64,000 bases of DNA from Leptonemataceae bacterium (GTDB lineage: Bacteria; Spirochaetota; Leptospiria; Leptospirales; Leptonemataceae): contig OZ245742.1 of assembly GCA_965227295.1 (NCBI GenBank), positions 4,256,001 to 4,320,000 on the forward strand, given 5' to 3'. The notes below the pieces were generated by a model, which saw only the letters and a program-made list of their open reading frames with translations, was not told where the DNA came from and made no database searches. Below are positions 59,808-64,000 of this stretch, in pieces. The stretch's first letter is position 1. Each line of letters starts with the position of its first letter. The position numbers were made by a program, and so were the translations under genes.

Positions 59808-60137
59808 ATGGCATCCGACGATCGTGAGATCGATACCGTCCTGGGCGACGACATCAGCTTCCGCGGGAAGCTGCATTTCAAAAAGACGCTGCAGATCAAC
59901 GGCCGCTTTAAGGGCTTCATCAGCACCGGCGGTCATCTGATCATCGGCTCCGGCGCAAAGGTCGATGCGGACATTGAAGCCGGGGACGTCTCCGTTCACG
60001 GCGAGCTGCACGGCAACGTGGCGGCCCAGAAGCGCATCGATCTTACGAAAACGGCCCGTCTGCGCGGCGACGTCCGCACGCCGGATCTCAGCATCGAGCC
60101 GGGTTCCAAATTCAACGGCAACTGCATCATGAACTGA
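59808..60137 (+). CDS. Bactofilin (polymer-forming cytoskeletal protein)
   Basis: TVLG..F.G.L....LQING.F.G.I..L.IG..V.ADI..G.FNG.C.M beta-helix pattern. Confidence 0.92.
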   Translation: MASDDREIDTVLGDDISFRGKLHFKKTLQINGRFKGFISTGGHLIIGSGAKVDADIEAGDVSVHGELHGNVAAQKRIDLTKTARLRGDVRTPDLSIEPGSKFNGNCIMN

Positions 60138-60147
60138 GCGGGTTACC

Positions 60148-61125
60148 GTGTCCCTACTGAGCATCCGCGTACCAGCCACGAGCGCCAACCTCGGCCCGGG
60201 CTTTGATATGTTCGGCGTCGCGCTGAGCCTGCATACGTCCTATCATTTCAACTTTGACGAGGCGCCGGGAACTACCGCCCTCTTCGATCGCACGGGCGCC
60301 CCCCTGCCCATCCCGGAAGAGCACAACCTCATCGCCACGGCCTTTCGTTCCTTTCGCGACCGCAACAGTCCGGAGCGGGCCGGCGAGCCGCGTCCCGGCT
60401 TCTCCGTGCGGGTGGAAAACGACGTGCCCACCGGCCGCGGCTTCGGTTCCTCGGCGAGCGCCCTCGTGGCCGGCATCGCCGCGGCGCGCTACTCCCTGGA
60501 TCTGGACGTCTTCGCAGACGGTGACGGAGATGTGCAAATCTTGAACGAACTGGAAGGCCATCCGGACAACGTGGCGCCGGCCCGCCTGGGCGGTTTCGTC
60601 CTGGGCTATGCACAATCGAACGGGCGCATTATTACCATCCGCAAACGCCTGCCCGACGAACTCGGCCTGGCCGTGTTGTTTCCGAACTTCAATATCTCCA
60701 CGCACGTCAGCCGCACAAAGTTGCCCGAGTCTATTCCCATGCCCGATTGCCTCATGACAATGAAGGGTGTGCTTCTGTGGCGTGAGTACTTAGAAGACGG
60801 CAACGTCGCTCATCTCATCGAAGCCCTGGCATCGGATCGCCTGCACGAACCGTATCGCGGCCAGGACATTCCCGGCTTCCAGGAGTTGCGTGATCGGGCC
60901 CAGGACATTGGATTGTACGGGGTAACGATCTCCGGTTCAGGGCCGTCGCTGCTGGTGTACTTCGACCGCTCCCGGGAATCCGAGATCCTGCCGAAGGTCC
61001 AGCAAATCCTGGAGTCGCGCTGCGCGGATCGGGCGTTTCAGATTCAACCGTGCAGTGTGGATTATGACGGGCTGTGCGCTGTAACGGCGGACGCGGTGGC
61101 CGGAGAATCGCGGACGCCTGGGTGA
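60148..61125 (+). CDS. thrB: Homoserine kinase
   Basis: VPATSANLGPGFD, PTGRGFGSS, EGHPDN, ISGSGPS. Confidence 0.95.
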   Translation: MSLLSIRVPATSANLGPGFDMFGVALSLHTSYHFNFDEAPGTTALFDRTGAPLPIPEEHNLIATAFRSFRDRNSPERAGEPRPGFSVRVENDVPTGRGFGSSASALVAGIAAARYSLDLDVFADGDGDVQILNELEGHPDNVAPARLGGFVLGYAQSNGRIITIRKRLPDELGLAVLFPNFNISTHVSRTKLPESIPMPDCLMTMKGVLLWREYLEDGNVAHLIEALASDRLHEPYRGQDIPGFQELRDRAQDIGLYGVTISGSGPSLLVYFDRSRESEILPKVQQILESRCADRAFQIQPCSVDYDGLCAVTADAVAGESRTPG

Positions 61126-61278
61126 TTGATTCCATCGCTAACGCAAGAAGAAATGCACTCCGGATTCCGCTGGTCAGTGCGGGCGTTCTGGATTTTCCTG
61201 CTATAGAATTCGAAACCCCGCCTGCTCCCGGTTCGTCCAATCCGGAGCAGTCTTTTTATTAGAACAGGAGTATTTCTC

Positions 61279-62295
61279 ATGCGCATTTCGATCCGCCACC
61301 TCCCGGCCGTAGCTCTGATCGCCCTCTTCGGCCTCACGGCCTGCGGCGAGCCGGGTCCCAGTGTGGTCATCAACGGCAAAACCTACACCGAATCCGATCT
61401 CAAAAGCCAGAGCCCGTCTCGCTACGAATCCATCCGCGACGAGTACAACAAAAACATCTACGGCGCGCTCCAGCAAATGGGCACCCAGAAACTCTTCGAG
61501 CTGGAAGCCGAAGAAAAAGGACAGAGCATTGACGAGTACATGGGTACTCTCCGCAGCCAGGCGAAGCCGCCCTCCGAGCAGGAACTCCTCGAAACCTACA
61601 ACGATCTCAAAGCCACCGGCCAGATCAGCACGGAAAGCTACCCGGAAGTCCGTGACCGCATTGCTCAGTTTTTGATGGGGCAGCAGTCCCAGGAAATAAT
61701 GGGCCGTGAGGTGAGCCGCCTGAAAGAAAAATACGGCTACAGGGCCAGCATGGGCCCGGTGCAACGCAAAGAGGTCGCCATCGAAGACGACCCGTACCGT
61801 CTCCAGGAAAAAGGCAAGGTCACGATCATCGAATTCTCGGACTTCGAGTGCCCGTTCTGCACGCGCGTCCAGGCCACGGCCTCGCGCCTGCGCGAAAAGT
61901 ACGGCGATCAGATGACCTGGGTGGTCAAAGACTTCCCGCTCTCCTTTCACGAAAATGCCATGCAGGCCCACGTCGCGGCGAACTGCGTGCTCGCCCAGGA
62001 CAAAGAGAAGTACTGGGCCTTCTTCGACGGTCTCTTCGCCGAAGACCGCCCGGCGGACTACCTGGCGCCGGAAGAACTGAACTCTCTGGCCGCGCGCGTC
62101 GGTGCCGACATGAAGGATTACAGCATCTGCATGTCGAATCCGGACGTAATGCGCGCGGAGATCGAGAAGGACATCGCCCAGGGCGAGGCGGTGGGTGTGC
62201 GCGGAACGCCGGCCTTCTTCATCAACGGCCGCTTCGTTTCCGGCGCGTTGCCGTACGAAGATTTCGAGTCCATCATCGAAGAAGAACTGAATTAG
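61279..62295 (+). CDS. DsbA-like thioredoxin-domain lipoprotein
   Basis: LTAC lipobox; FSDFECPFC; GTPAFFING. Confidence 0.9.
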   Translation: MRISIRHLPAVALIALFGLTACGEPGPSVVINGKTYTESDLKSQSPSRYESIRDEYNKNIYGALQQMGTQKLFELEAEEKGQSIDEYMGTLRSQAKPPSEQELLETYNDLKATGQISTESYPEVRDRIAQFLMGQQSQEIMGREVSRLKEKYGYRASMGPVQRKEVAIEDDPYRLQEKGKVTIIEFSDFECPFCTRVQATASRLREKYGDQMTWVVKDFPLSFHENAMQAHVAANCVLAQDKEKYWAFFDGLFAEDRPADYLAPEELNSLAARVGADMKDYSICMSNPDVMRAEIEKDIAQGEAVGVRGTPAFFINGRFVSGALPYEDFESIIEEELN

Positions 62296-62420
62296 CGACT
62301 TCCCCACCCCCGGGGAGACGCGCGGGTGCGCATAAAGCGTCCCCCGGGGTGGGGACGTCGCCCGCGTGGGGGGACCGGGTAGTTCCTGATGGCCGCTCCA
62401 GTCCCGAGGATCTCTTTATC

Positions 62421-63443
62421 GTGTCATATCGTACTTTCTTAATTGTGGCTTTTCTTTTGTTAGTCACCGGGGTTCCTGCTCAGGATTCGCAGGAGGAGCC
62501 GTTTGTTGAGGTCGACGGCAAACGTTATACCGGGGCGGACCTGAAGGATTCGCCGGAGTTCGCGGCTTTGCAGCAGCACTATCGCGAACAGCTGACCGAG
62601 CTGCTGAAGTCCTTCGGCCGCGAGAAGCTGTTTGAACGCGAGGCCCGGGCTCAGAACATTTCGGTAGAATCTTACAAAGAAAAGTTACGTAAGAAAGCGG
62701 GAGAACCTTCCGAGGAGGAAATTCGCGAGGCCTATGATCGTCTGCAAGCCGCGGGACGGTTTGAGGACGGCCAGAGCTTCGAGGATCTGCGCGACTCCGT
62801 GGCGAACTATCTGCGCGCGCTTAAGTTCAGCGAGGTGATGGACGCCGAGCGTCGTCGACTGGAAAAGAAGTACGGCTTCAAATCCCACAGCGGGCCGGTG
62901 GTGCGCCACGACGTGCCCGTCGACAATGAACCGGTGCGGCCCGGCGCACGCAAAAACGCGGAGATCACCATCGTGGAATTCGCCGACTTCGAGTGCCCGT
63001 TTTGCCGCCGCGTACAGGACACCAGCCGACGCCTGCGCGAGCGCTACGGCGATCGCATCCGCTGGATCGTCAAAGACTTCCCGCTCTCGTTTCACGCAAA
63101 CGCCATGCCGGCTCACGTTGCCGCGAATTGCGTGGGTCGACAGAGTGCTTCGGCTTACTTTCAGTTCTTTGACGGTTTGTACCGACACGATCAGCCCGAG
63201 GACTATCTGTCCGCCGCGAATCTGCGCAGGCTCGCCGGTAAGTCAGGGGCGGACCTGGCAAAGTTCGATGAATGCGTCAAAGATGCCGATGCGATCATAG
63301 CGGAGATCGAAGAGGACATTGATCAGGGCCAGGCAATCGGGGTGCAGGGCACGCCTTCGTTTTTTATTAACGGTCGGTTGATTGCCGGGGCACAGGACTA
63401 CGAGGCGTTTGTGGGTGTGATTGAAGAAGAACTGAGGCGCTGA
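62421..63443 (+). CDS. DsbA-like thioredoxin-domain protein (tandem paralog)
   Basis: GTG start 62421 with signal peptide; FADFECPFC; GTPSFFING. Confidence 0.9.
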   Translation: MSYRTFLIVAFLLLVTGVPAQDSQEEPFVEVDGKRYTGADLKDSPEFAALQQHYREQLTELLKSFGREKLFEREARAQNISVESYKEKLRKKAGEPSEEEIREAYDRLQAAGRFEDGQSFEDLRDSVANYLRALKFSEVMDAERRRLEKKYGFKSHSGPVVRHDVPVDNEPVRPGARKNAEITIVEFADFECPFCRRVQDTSRRLRERYGDRIRWIVKDFPLSFHANAMPAHVAANCVGRQSASAYFQFFDGLYRHDQPEDYLSAANLRRLAGKSGADLAKFDECVKDADAIIAEIEEDIDQGQAIGVQGTPSFFINGRLIAGAQDYEAFVGVIEEELRR

Positions 63444-63462
63444 TCGCCGTCGCCATCGAGGC

Positions 63463-64000
63463 ATGTTTTCCTACGCTTTTTTGCCGTACGCCACGGCTCT
63501 CGTTTCCGTGGCGAATATTTTCGTAGCCCTGCGGTTCCGCCGGACGACAGCCGCGGCACCTTTCCTCGGCATGATCGTCGCGACGACGCTCTATTCTCTG
63601 GGGCACGCCTTTGAACTTGCGAGCCGGGATCTGGCGGGCGCCGTTTTTTGGGACAACGCTCAGTTTCTGCCGACCCTGCTCGCTCCCGGTTGCGTGTTAT
63701 CCTTCGCCATTTCCTACTGCTTTCCGCAGGCCCGACAACGCTGGCTCGTGACTCTGATTGGAATTCTGATCGTCGTCGACCAGGCTGTGGTCTGGCTCGG
63801 TCCGGACAATCTGCTGCGTCGCAACGTCCGCATGCTCAGCAGCAACGGCATCGAGTACCTGGTCTATGACTACGGCCCGTGGTTGTGGTTCCTCGTAGTG
63901 TTGACTTATTTGCAGCTACTGAGCGTGGTCGTATTGCTCGGTCATCGTTTTGTTTTCGCCGGGCGTCTGTCCCGGCGACAGATCGGTCTGGTGTTGATCG
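63463..64000 (+). CDS. HisKA_7TM-type N-terminal sensor domain protein, runs off the right edge
   Basis: Not in the ORF track. Manual translation MFSYAFLPY..YSLGHAFEL..FWDNAQFL..YGPWLW..RRQIGLVL; open to the end. Confidence 0.8.
   Translation, partial: MFSYAFLPYATALVSVANIFVALRFRRTTAAAPFLGMIVATTLYSLGHAFELASRDLAGAVFWDNAQFLPTLLAPGCVLSFAISYCFPQARQRWLVTLIGILIVVDQAVVWLGPDNLLRRNVRMLSSNGIEYLVYDYGPWLWFLVVLTYLQLLSVVVLLGHRFVFAGRLSRRQIGLVLI

Noticed and set aside
58859..59926. 355-aa minus-strand ORF
   Set aside because: Alternative-frame overlap of the 257-aa gene and bactofilin; Arg/Pro/Gly-rich shadow composition
61848..62420. Extension of the 531-aa ORF suggesting a DsbA fusion
   Set aside because: Out-of-frame overlap with the first paralog; signal peptide starts at GTG 62421

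Overview
GC-rich bacterial chromosomal segment whose gene content (gatB, LptF/G-like permease, MORN and lipoprotein families, SpvB/Rhs-type core, bactofilin) is most consistent with a Leptospirales/Leptospiraceae spirochete (inference from recalled family features, no search run). Most of it is housekeeping, envelope and metabolic genes (waaF-like, parA, gatB, astD, PBP1A, thrB, cheW, two DsbA-like paralogs) plus three tRNAs (Asp, Glu, Lys). Notable structure: (1) a mosaic region after tRNA-Asp where a truncated Rhs toxin module and two membrane-anchored pentapeptide-repeat genes are bracketed by a 185-bp direct repeat of the 3' end of an araC-family gene, with only synonymous differences; (2) two near-identical copies of an internally deleted, non-autonomous IS1182-type element, associated with a REP-like palindrome family found between convergent genes; (3) a propeptide-less kexin-like protease followed by a probable trans-acting propeptide/chaperone; (4) an orphan ParA coupled to a bitopic membrane protein; (5) recurrent leaderless-type promoter geometry and clear TetR and MerR operator palindromes. 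No CRISPR array, integrase or reverse transcriptase was seen.
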